Source of the DNA: Zygnema circumcarinatum SAG 698-1b
Taxonomy: Eukaryota; Plantae; Zygnematophyceae
NCBI GenBank assembly: GCA_037447605.1
Contig: CM074805.1
Location: forward strand, 1,335,361 to 1,399,360
Length of the DNA stretch: 64,000 nucleotides
Reading direction: 5' to 3'
The translations under genes were made by a program, and so were the position numbers. A model generated the notes under the pieces. That model ran no database searches. It had not been told where the DNA came from and worked only from the letters and a program-made list of their open reading frames with translations. Numbering within the stretch: position 1 is the first letter of the stretch; each line of letters opens with the position of its first letter. Of this stretch, positions 36,960 through 48,535 are shown one piece after another.

Positions 36960-37486
36960 GAGGTACATTTTCGAATGGTAACCTATCAACCAATGGGAGC
37001 ATGCCACGTTAGCGCCACGTCGAGGGCAATTCAGACGAGACAATGGATCAACCTTCAGTCCAGAAGTGGAATCGGTTGAAATTGTCCGTAGTGAATCCAG
37101 ATCCTCACACGATTCAGCATGAGATCCACTCTGCGTAAATGAGCGAGTCCAAGCGCCACGTGGCCTCCTTTTGTCCGCTTCTGCGGAGCACGCCCTGCAG
37201 GGCGAGGGAGAGCGAGAGGGAGAGGGAGAAGCGAGTGAGAGGGGAGGGGGGAGGGAGGGAGGGAGGGAGGAGGGAGTGGGGAGGGGTGTGGGGGAGGGAA
37301 AAGAGAGGGGGGAAGGGGGAGGGGAGAGGGGGAGGGAGAAGCCTTTCTCTTTGGGAGGCCAAAGTGAAAGTTTGGGGAGCAATGCGGCGACTGGGCCATG
37401 GCCGCGGCATAGCTGACAGCAGCTTGGCCCAGTCTAGCCGCTTTCGCCATGCAGAGCGAGGCTCTCGTGGAAGATTCGAGGAAGCC

Positions 37487-39263
37487 ATGGGCGCAGTGCC
37501 TCGCAGGCTGCGCTGCAAGAGGTCTCGGAAGCCAGCCCCAGAGCGCTTTGACCCCTTGGAAACTCTCGGGTCTGACCTCCTTCTGCGTATTTTAGGATTT
37601 GTGGATGCCAAGCAACTGGCCCGCTGCAGCGCCGTCTCTTCGGAGGTCAGGCCTCAGCCTTCATGTCTGTTGCCCTTGGATCGTTCCTTTTGTATTTTTT
37701 GGAACTTTAAGGTGCTCCTATACTGGTGGGCCTTTGTGGAGCTGGATTGCAGTCTTCTACTGCTAGTATAGCTTGAACATGGCGAGGAATAATTTTGAGA
37801 ATGTTGTGCATGGAACGGACTTCGAACTAGAATAGGAAGTATCGGAATTTATGGAAATATATCATATTGTTGTCTGGACTGAACGGGCACAGGCTTCGAG
37901 CTGACTGCGCACACTATTTGCCACAGTGCTTCTATGGGAACCAATGAGCATGTTCTGAGTATGTCAGTCTTACGAGAGGTCGTTTCTTGTCTTCAAACCT
38001 TCTTGACTGATGTCTCTTTCCCTCAAGTGACTCATTTGGTGTCCACATTGGCCTGCAGTGGCGCCCACTGGCTACAGATGATAGGCTGTGGAAGCGTCAC
38101 TGTGACATACTTTGGGAGGGAAAAGTATTGATCGCTGAAGAAGCTCTCAATGACGATTTGCCGAGTCTGGATGCATATCGCATTTCTTTGATCGATGGTG
38201 AAAGGGTAGGGGACGCGCCTTTCTTCTGACTGTGCTTAATGTCTTTAAATGAGTTTATATTGTCGGACAAGCTGTCTGACAAACCAGGATATAAGGACGA
38301 TTTATCTCTCACTCCAATGTTGGTGCAGGAGGATGAAGTGAGCTCATCGTTTCTCTCTCCATATCGCTGTTCTGATGTGTGCACTTGTCCACATCGTGCA
38401 GGCTATCATCTCAGAGGATGACCTCTGCAACAATAACTGGGTATGCCGCTTTCATGAGGTGAAGGACCTGCATACTTTCTAGCCGCATACTGCCTACCCC
38501 TTGCAGTTTTTTGAATCGTTTGTCAAGTTTTGGGAATGCATATAAGAGTAATTTCATTCATGTTGGTCTTTGTCCCCTGGAGAGAGCGAGTCGAGATTGA
38601 AAACAAATAGTAGCGGTGGAAAATATGAGACGGAAATGCATGCAATATCGGAGAGATTATCTTTGTCGAGAAATTTCAAACGTAAATTGCTTTTCCGTTC
38701 TGACAAAGAATAGATCGAGATCTGAGTCCAATTTTTAAAGCATTCTGCCCGATGCTGCCATTTGGCACGAGCAGATCAGTGCCAGCATCATCCCATGTAG
38801 ACATCTAATAGGCACATGGCTACAAGTTTGCCTTGAATTTAACTCACAACCATTCAATCTATTACATGATGAAGCTAGCTGAGTGGCACCTCTCGCATTG
38901 CCGCATTGCATTGAGATGTTTCTTGAAATCTTCCCGTCTTGAACGCTGAACATTGAACCATGTAGGCCCAATTGTCTTTTGTGCTTTTCCCAACAGAACC
39001 CATTCTGGAGGGGCTTACCCCCCATGAGAAGGTACTTTTCTCGTGATGGGACAATTTCAGCGGGCCGTGGTGATATTATGTACGGTGACGGCACGTACAC
39101 GTGGCGAATCCGACGGCGGCGGAAGAGGCAGTCAGTGGAAGTGGGGTCCTTCCCTGAGCTCTATCCTGAGAGGAGGGCCGACTGGGGGTGGACCATGCGG
39201 AACGGGTGGGTTGTGTACTACTCCCTTGGGAAGGACGAAGTGAGCACGAGCGGGAGCAAGTAG
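37487..39263 (+). CDS. F-box protein with a plant-type C-terminal domain (start could be 37382; one small exon may be missing from the model)
   Basis: F-box DPLETLGSDLLLRILGFVDAKQLARCSAVSSE/WRPLATDDRLWKRHC; later exons AIISEDDLCNNNW and PFWRGLPPMRRYFSRDG..ADWGWTMRNGWVVY. Confidence 0.85.
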
Positions 39264-40848
39264 AGACCGTTCTTTTGAGTGATGGAAGTTCGTCCCTTTC
39301 TTACTTGTAGATATTCAATGCTGTATAAAGACTAGTCGACAGGCATGGGATGGTGGTACTCCCCCTTTTTTTTTTTTTTTGGGCCTCTTGGGAAAAATTA
39401 GCCGCCGTAATGGATTCTGTGGGCTCTATCTAAGTGAAGGACCTGTTGTAGCAATTGTGTGACTCCCAGTGCAAACTCAATCAGCTGTTTGAGACTGGCG
39501 AGCAGGTAGTTAGCATGTGGGAACCGTCGCACCGTTTTGTACGGTTTTGTTGGAACGGCGTACTTTAGGACTTAAGTTGGTGATAGAAACAAAAGTGTGA
39601 TGATGGTGTCTGTTGTAAATATGTGGGAATACATCGAGAATGCGCATCCTTTCTCGTATGTGCCCATTTCATGATCAGCTTTGGCCACTTTTGCGTGTAA
39701 GACACGAATGAAATAGAGCGCAGTTTTGGTAGTTCCTTTATTCGGTTTGGTTGAAGTGAAACGGAGCACTACCGTAGCCAAGAAGATTCGGTCATAGAAA
39801 CGAGGGTTCAGATCCCAACGGAGAATTCTTTATATTGCCATTCCATGCATGAATTCATGTGCAGCAAGTCAACCTGATTTTATCAGTTGTCTTGCTCCAT
39901 CTGTTGAGCAAACCACCAGGGATGGATTACATGTCGAGTCAGGCCAGTGGGAGTGATCGGTCGACCTTATTTTTGACCGCCACCAAAAAAACCCTCATGC
40001 CATGATGCACCCCCAGCCAAACTCTCAGTTTGAGATATCACGACATCAACAATATCCTCTCAAGTGCGACATTGTCATGGTCACCCTCCTCTGTGAAGGA
40101 GTCCATAGCTCAACCCCCTGTAAACTGTGGTGTCTATAGCCGACGGAGGTCCCCCCAGGACTTCCCAACATAGACATCACAGCAACAAAAATCAATTCCC
40201 CTCCAACAAGGCTACATTCAAATTTTTTCCCAGACATGGTCCACCGCATGACGTGGGTTATCTGACAGCAAAGGGACATTCTTTATGTGTCTCCACGCCT
40301 CACCCTTCAGGACAGAGACGGCACGAGCCTAAAGCCCCAAAATGTAAATCAAAAGCTTGCATCTACAGAAGTGTACACCTCCCCCCTATGTCCCGCCCCG
40401 GAAAGAGAGCATCCCGGAGCAGTACTGGTAGTTCACCACCTACTTACACCACCCCAACCGCCAACCCCCGGGGACCCTCTCATATATGAAAGGCTAGGTT
40501 GCAGCTTGAGTTTCTAACATAAGAGTGCCGCGAACACAGTCTATAAGCAATCATAGCCTTCACTGCCTTCACTGCATGATCGCAGTTGGGACTAAGTGGG
40601 AAGAGCAGGAGAAGATCGCACAGAAAGGGAGAAACTGAACTGCAAAATTTTAAGCCAGACATTCACCGAGGAGGAGAAGGGGGCAGGAACGGCCTACAAA
40701 CTTTGATTTGACCTCATCCCGTCACTAAAGCTGGGATGTTGGGTTCGGGAAGGAAGCGCACTTTCTTTATACTATGTAGCCGCTTTCGCAAATTTCATTT
40801 TCACCAAGCAGAGAGTGAGTGCCAGGACTGATGGCAGAATGTGCCGAA

Positions 40849-43800
40849 TCAGACAACACCAGACGGCAAGCGGACCATCATTTGGCCCTCCATCACACTG
40901 CGTCATGCCAGGGAGAATTACGGTCGTCAGGAAAAGAATGAAGCTCAACCCCAGTATATGGTGTGACAAGGTAATAGATGACCCCGCTACTCATACTCTC
41001 TATACCTTTCAAATGAGTTTCAGGTTTTTTTGAGGAATGCGGGCGGGGAAGGGCACGAGAACGAAACAACACGGCTTCCAACGTTAGTGATCTGACTCTA
41101 AACTGAAAATACTGCTACCAAGAACTGCTGAAAATGTGCAAGCTCGGAAGGAGTTACTGGTATCGCTGAGTCTATGAAGGCAACGGATGGACTGAAAAAA
41201 TATCCGGAAGCACAGCGGGATCAAGACCCACTAATGCCAAAGAGTGCAGTTGAAGGTTCGACCCCAGACTACTGAGAAACCGGCTCCAAAAACTGCTCAT
41301 AGGATACTACTGTCTGCTTGCCGACGAGGGCAACACTGTGATGCAGCACTGCACAAGAAGAGGAGTTGGGTCTCACCTTTTGACATAGTAATAACAGAAG
41401 TCAGCAAGAATAAACGTCTGCACAATCTCTGAAAGCAGCACCATTGCAGGCCACGGACCAAGGCGCAAAGCATTGAAGAGGAAGCTCTCTCCATCTAACA
41501 TCTGTCACAGGAAGAAAAGGAACGCACTGGTAGTTCAGTCCCTATAGAGACTGCAAACGAATGCGGCAAGCTGCTCATCATATCCCTGATGTCCAGGTGG
41601 CCTCTCACAATTCTGTGAACAAGCATGCTGATATCGCCAAGGCTGTCTCAATCACTACACTACAGAAGTACTCCTCAGCCAGTTCCATGTTTGTAAACTG
41701 GTCGACAGCTAAAACCGCGATGTTCCCAACTTCCCATTATGCATTACTAAGCCCCTCGAGCAACCCCCTTATTTCACTCTCAACGTTATATTGAAGAAAG
41801 TCTGAGACGTCATCATAAGCTATATCCTAGTTCAACAATTTGTTCTCTTACAGGTGATATTACTCAGGCTCACATATGCTTCAATTGCTTGAGTCGAAAA
41901 GTCTCAGAATTGCAGGGCGGGACAATTGAAAGGCGTGCATATAGTGAGCAAATTTCTACAATTAATCTGTAGTTGTTCATTTCCTCCATGACACTTGCTT
42001 CCACAAGCTGATTCCATATCGTCGAACTTGCCAATAATACGTCTAATTCTCACACTCACACACAGCACGCCTCTCCTTGAACTGCTTGCAGAGGAAATGG
42101 TTGCACTTTATTTACAGTGGAATGAATTTATTTGCAAACGACGCACCTGCAGGACCCAGTGCGCGCAGCTGAGGAAGCGAGCGATGCCGAGGGCAAAAAC
42201 GTAATGTGCTGTGAACGGTTCAACTACCTGCAAGTTCCGTCACGGACCAAGACAACGATTGTCCAGTTGATCACTCGCAAAACCGAGAAATGACCACCAT
42301 AAAAAAAAAAATTATGGCGGGCCTCGAAGTTTTACAGAAGAAGCACATTCATCTACTCATTCTTCTTGCGTTCGCATTTATTCACTCTATGGCTAGCTGA
42401 CGACTCGATATTATTAAATTAGCACGAAAACGTGCTAACGAAGCAATAAAAGCCTTGTGTTCGGCACGTGAAAGAAAAGTCTATTCGTGCATTTGAATAC
42501 GGGCACAAAGGGAACCACGTTTTGATATAAAGTGCAGTCCAGCGTTAAACCAAAAAACTATAGCTGCGTACCTGAGTTCTTGAAAGTCTTACAAACTTAA
42601 GCAAAACTTGGCTCACCTTAGTGTTCTGCATGACGCGTAGCTGAGGCAAGACAGAGACGGCCTCCAAATAGACGCAAAAGGCCCAAAGTATCCTATTCGC
42701 CAAAAAGTGTGATGTTCCTGGATGTATAAGCACCGCCAATATTGCACAGGGTGCTAGCTGTTGGGAACATGAAGACAAACACCCAGGGAAGCTCATCACA
42801 CTACTTAGTTTGTGCTAAACATAAAATCAAGGTGAGGTAGGGGGTTCATGTGCACCAGTAAAACCATAACTAACAGCATGTTCCTCATGACCTCTCATAC
42901 CAGCAGCAAATTGTCACCACTAAAATGATGTGAATTCCGTTTGACTTTAACTATCTACTCATTCAAAAACTTCATTCTGACGGCAATTTCCATATCCATG
43001 GAAACGTATGCGGTGTGTTACAAACTACATGTGTCATCCTTGTGAAGTGGTTCGCAATCCATTACAATACTCGGAAATTCATGACAGTGAGCGCGCTAGT
43101 CAGGTAAAACTAAAAAAAAAAAAAACTGGCAGCTCACTGACTTGGAAGTCTGAGTATAATGCTCGCTGAGCCAGACTGGAAAATTCATGATAGCATTTTG
43201 AAAAACAAAAACTCTCATATTGAATACAATCAATCGGGTTAATCTTTGCTGGTTTCAATTTCAGAATGCAAGCCAGAAACTTCTAAAGATTAATCATGAT
43301 TTGAGAAATTTTCGAGAGCACTTCCAGGTAATGAGGCGATTCATCCTGCTGGACTTTGCAGTATTTCGTATTTTTTAAATTGAGATACATTCGTTCACAC
43401 AGCGTTTATAGAAGTTTCATAGAATGTTGTACAAAGTACCAATTACCTTGCGAAAGATTGCAGGAAAGAGTATGCAAGAGATAATTGAAAGTTGGAAAAA
43501 AATTACACACCACATAATGCAATGGAAGGTTGTCAAGGTCTTCAGAATGTGTTGAGCGCAATTTGAAGCGCATTGTGTATATCACCCATACTGTAGTGGC
43601 AAGAGTAGCAAGATCCAAGATAGTATGGATATCCTTCTCCATCACAAGACTGCAATAGAGGCGGACTGACAAGAAAATGGCTGTAAGCTCCTGCGACTTT
43701 AAAGATAAGCCTGCAAAAAAAATAATAAGAAACAATCTGTGAGCCAAACATCCTAGCGTCCTACAAATTTAGATGGAAAGGCAATGTCTCTATGCTTTCG

Positions 43801-44405
43801 TGGACCATGGACACTTTCCGATAAACAAAGGTAAGACAAGAAATTCGCAACAAGAAAAAAATTAGAATTAGCCTCATCCTAACAAATCACTGTGCCTCAC
43901 TATGGCAGCATGCGTCACTTACTGCGTCACTTACTGTCTATGGATTGGAACAAGTAAATGCAAACAAAAAAAAGTGTAGAGGCATGCATTATCCCACCAT
44001 TGAATTTAGTTATGGATGATAATCCTTCACATTTTGTTCCATTGCAAGAGGCTGAACTAGCTAGTGCCGAAGTCTGACAGGCGAATGATGAAACAAAAAA
44101 ACAAGATACGTTGCTTCATGATCCCAATATGAGAATTAAGGACAGTATTCCAGATAATAGGCAGTAACTGCACCTGCACATGTGCGCTCCTTCGTGAGTT
44201 TGTAGATGAGCACGCCAATACCGACCGCATGAATTGCCTCCGCTGCCACAAAAAGATTGTCGTGATCCACTACCATAAACCGTAGCAAGATTAGACTGAA
44301 TATCCCGGTCAAGACGCCCAATCCCGTTTTCACACGAGGTGGCTGCCTCTTCAGCCATAGCACCGCCCCCTGCACGGCACCGCGACCCTTCCGATCTGCC
44401 GCCAT
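40849..44405 (-). CDS. ERD2-related ER lumen protein-retaining receptor (extra N-terminal TM type); exons 44405-44174, 43710-43511, 42757-42617, 42227-42147, 41501-41377, 40897-40849
   Basis: WLKRQPPRVK, DHDNLFVAAEAIH, KLTKERTCAG/LSLKSQELTA, YLEAVSVLPQL, VEPFTAHYVFALG, QTFILADFCYYYVKS, and C-terminus VRLPSGVV*. Confidence 0.95.
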
Positions 44406-44884
44406 GCCTACACCCGAGCTTTTCTCCACTCAACCCTAACTCACGCGCACCCTTCACACCTACCCCTCTCCAAAACCAGCTCCAAGCTCTAACTGAGCGC
44501 CCCGAGCCAAGCCAAGCCAAACAAGCCTCCCGAGCAGTGCCCCTCGGCCCTGCCTCTCACCGAGCACCCCCTCTCTCTCTCTCCCTCTCTCTCCCTCTCT
44601 CCCCCTCCCTCCCTCTCCCCCTATCAGGCCGGCCACGCGGCGGTCGCGGCAGGGCGCCACCTGGCAGCGACGCGCGCGCGCAGAGGGAGGCGGCGGACCC
44701 GAGGCCGCGGCGGAACGCGCTCCATTATGCACCCAGCCCGGCCGTACAGCCGGCTGCGCCGTAGGCCGTACTGTACTGGCTATTGTAATGCTTAGGCCGT
44801 ACAGTAGGCTGCAAGGCCCAGGGACTTGTGGCCGAGTGTGGGGCAAATGTTCAATCGCAACCACAGATGGAGCATTCAACCAGA

Positions 44885-44886
44885 GG

Positions 44887-44932
<46 letters not shown>

Positions 44933-45022
44933 GGAATGCTCATTCTGGGGCATGGGCATGGGCATGGGAATGCTCATTCTGGGGCATGGGCATGGGCATG
45001 GGAATGCTCATTCTAGGGCATG
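44885..45022. repeat. (GGCATG)8 followed by a 34-bp minisatellite x3
   Basis: Unit GGAATGCTCATTCTGG(GGCATG)3 starts at 44933, 44967 and 45001 (last copy partial). Confidence 0.95.
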
Positions 45023-46241
45023 GCCGTGTGACATGGATGCTGTGGGCTCTAGAGCAGGCGCGGCGTGCATGGACCACAAACCGGTTGGGAAGGGCGGCTT
45101 TTGGGGCTGCTGGCCGCGCTGCATTCGGTGTTTGCGGACCCGCGTAAGGGCGTGACTCTTGGGGATCGTGCGTGGTGGGGCTCCCGTTGGGGAGCGCTTC
45201 AGACGTCGCCGTTGGCGCCATGGCGTGGTTCGAATGAATGAATGCATGCACACGTTCCCCCGCTATCGCCGTGCGGCTTGCTGGTAACTGCCTCGAGGCA
45301 TGCAGTGCTAGCCTCAAATCAAACAAGATGACTACAACAATGGCGGCACGTTCAAACTCCGGTTACCATCCACCATGAGCTAATTTGGGAAATATGGCCA
45401 TGGCCATGCCCCGGTAGTTGCCGGCCGTACAACTGGCGCTTCGGGTGGATCGTTCGGCGGTCCAAATTTTCCGTTGGTCGGATTTCCCACCAACTCCAAC
45501 GGACGGTTGCGATAGCCTGCCCGACGGCGCAAAGTCGATCGAGACTGTCGGAGAAAAGTCGTCGCCCCTGCCCTGCCCGGCCGGATCCTGCTCCCGCCAG
45601 CGCCCAACGGGCACGTCCGTTTGCTAAAAATAAGGAAAAAAAAAAGCGTCCAGGAAAGAGGGATCCACGTGGCAATCCCTGATTGGGTTCTTTTCCCTCA
45701 CCCTGCCCGTATCTTTCCCTCCGTACGTTCGAATCCCAACCTCCAAGTGGCCGTACGAAAAGATGTACGGTATCATTCGTACATGTTCGCACATAGGAAT
45801 TAGGCCGAGATCTTTTATCGGTCTACAGTAGTTCCGTTCCTAGTGTCAATTTGCCACGTGTTAAGAAAGATTTTGCATGTACACGTGATAAATCACCATT
45901 GGGCAATCTCTACGACAAATCCGAACGTCCAATCAATGGCGACTCACAGAATCTCCGAACCGATCGGATGACCTCAGCATTGGACTGCATGGAAAGGGTC
46001 ACTGCTTGACTGTGACTGTAACTGTGACATGGAACCTGACAAAGATTAGGGCTAGGCTTCCCAGTACGGTGTAAAGGGCAGCAGCTGACTACGAGGACCG
46101 AGTCTTAGGGGCGCCCTCCCCCCTGGAGGCTCTGCCTTCCTCCTGGAGGGCAGAATTAGGGCTGGAGGGCAGAATTAGGGTTTGCTGCCGCAGGAGAGAG
46201 GCCTGATTTGCAAGCACACTGGGGCTGACCGAGGGCCCATC

Positions 46242-48535
46242 ATGGACAGTAAGAATGTGAACAGCAGTCCGGGCTCTGTCAATGTCATCAGCAGTCTCGG
46301 CGCTAGTATTCAGACCAGCAGTCCGGGCTGCGGTAGCTTCTGTTATTCCCAGACTAACGACACTTCGGCGCTTCGCTTTCGTTTTTTCTTCTACGACTCG
46401 AAAAACTGGCACGAGTTTCCGGAGTCTGCCAGTCGACAGCTGGCAAATTCACTGGAGCTTGGGTCAGAACGATGTCTTTTCCAAGTAGGGAAGGCCTTCT
46501 ACGTGGCGGAGTTCAAAGAGTACGTGCAGAGGAACATCCAGACAGACTATCGACGCTCTATAGGATGGCGAGACGTGCTGAGAAACGAAAAGTAAGTTCG
46601 TTTCCAGTCGGTGCTGCTTCATGTGTAGCCGAGTCTTTTTATCAGCAATAGGCAATACACCACTTGTTCTGTATTCTGCAACTCATGCAGCTCCCGCACT
46701 AGATCAATGGATATTGCCACTTCCATTCCTTGACCCCTTGACTCATTTGATGTTAGTATTGTCTTCCTTCTGGTGTTTGCGACAGCTATGGCCCGTCGAC
46801 TCCATTTCAGGGATGTTCGAATTTATGGTCAAAGGTAGCGAGGGAAAAGAGAAGGGCCACGCTGCTATCGCCTCTTGATTTCAATTGTGACGAAGCTCTA
46901 TTTGTCAGAAATAAGTAAGTTTTGCATAAAAGAGCCGGAGAGCAAGTAGTTTCATTTTTCGTAGGTGACGTAAAAGGCTAAAGTGGTTATTTGTGTAGTC
47001 TACGCGTCGTCTAATTCAGCAGAAGTCTGATTATTCGGCTGACCAGCTCAGTACATCTCGCTGGGTACTCTACCTTAGGTATGACATTTGGGGAGGATCA
47101 TATATCGGGGCGTTATAGCCTGCCTTTACCGTTGTTTTGCTTATTTCTAGAGCTAGCTGTTGAAGGGTTCTGAATATTGGTTGGCATGAGCTTAAACATG
47201 TTTCAAAAAGTGAACAAAGTACTTGGGTGGCTTCTTAGCAATGTACTGTTTCCTGTCTTATCCAGGTTGTTTAATGGCTTGGGCGATTTGTCAACAGACT
47301 ATCTTGTGTCGGCTATTCATAAAGTGCAGAATTCTGAACGTCGCATATCTATGTTCAGGTACGTGTCATTTTAGCCTTTCGAAAACATTTACTAATCATT
47401 AAGGTACCCTGGTCAAAGAAAACTGGCCTTTCTCCGCAAAGGCAGGATGCTTGATATACAGGTCTTATGTACCCTCTACATTGTTTTCTAGGAACCCTGT
47501 CCTTTAATTTCCTCTTTCTGAGTTGTCTTTTCACCCTTTTCGGTCGTCCTTCCTTGAACTTAGCAATGCCGCAGGTCGGCAGATGCATTTTCCCTGGCTA
47601 GGAAACTCAAGGGAAATCTTGTCGTATGTGTCCATCTGCCACTTTCTGCCACTTGATTGTCGGCAGCTTGGTACTTACGTGTGAAGCCAATGACAATATG
47701 TTACGTATGTTTATACTGAAGCCCGACATTGCATGAACTGAATGTTTTGCAGGGACACAGCACAGGAGGTAGCAGCAAAGCGTGGGGGCAATGCCAATGT
47801 CTGCTGGGTATGGCATGGGACTGCGATGGAAGCTATGGAATCGATTGTAACATATGGATTTGGCCAGCTTGGAAAACCACGACATGGAAATTTGTACGGT
47901 TCTGGTGTCTACTTCGCTCCTGAGAGTAAGGCTGATGTAAGTGGCGTTCGTTGCCTTCCATTGCTGTGTGTTTTCGCTGCTCAACTAGGTCGTTCAAATG
48001 TCATTGCTGATCTTGTTACTTTTTTTTTTTTGTGTTCGCAGATTAGTTTGCCCTATGCTGAAAAAGATGATTCAGGGGAACGGACGCTGCTTCTTTGCCA
48101 AGCTATTCTGGGCTCACAAGAACAGATCGCTGCACACTCGGAACATCGGCTGACACCCAGTAGCCCTGATTATGATACAGGTCAGGACTCTTCCTTCCAT
48201 TTGTTCAGTCTAGGTCAAAATCTTCACATTGTCTGGTATTTTGGCGAGCAAAATATAATTCAGAGTCCGATCTGATTTTCAAGTGTCTTCACACGGTCGT
48301 CCACTCTCAATAACCTTGAAAAGTTGAGTTCCAGGGCTGAAACAACACTTCGTGCTGGCATGCAGGAGTCGATCGTTTGAAAAGCCCGAAAATACTTATC
48401 GTCTGGAGTCCTTTTATCAACTCTCACACTATTGTGGAATACGTTATCACTGTGAAGGCCCTTGGGAACGACGATCTTTCTTGTGGTATGGAGAGCTATC
48501 ATGGAGGGCATGTAAGGAGCTTGGGACCACATTGA
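46242..48535 (+). CDS. SRO/RCD1-like WWE + PARP-like protein; exons 46242-46592, ~46788-46914, ~47266-47358, ~47752-47936, ~48042-48181, from 48366; 3' end uncertain
   Basis: WWE-like FFFYDSKNWHEFPE..TDYRRSIGWRD; PARP-like KRGGNANVCWVWHGT, GFG, LYGSGVYFAP, DDSGERTLLLCQAILG, YDTG/VDRLKSPKILIVWS..INSHTIVEYVI. Phases are consistent. Confidence 0.88.

Noticed and set aside
36960-37382. N-terminal extension of the 372-aa ATP12 ORF
   Set aside because: It runs through the shared promoter and CT repeats and is open only because of high GC.
1-44405. ER quality-control cluster (calnexin, S2P, ERD2-like)
   Set aside because: The genes are interspersed with unrelated ones over 44 kb; chance is adequate without synteny data.
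44933-45022. CRISPR-like reading of the 34-bp palindromic repeats
   Set aside because: The intervening sequence is identical GGCATG repeat rather than unique spacers; eukaryotic context with no cas genes.
45727-45737. tRNA B-box-like GTTCGAATCCC
   Set aside because: No convincing A-box or cloverleaf.
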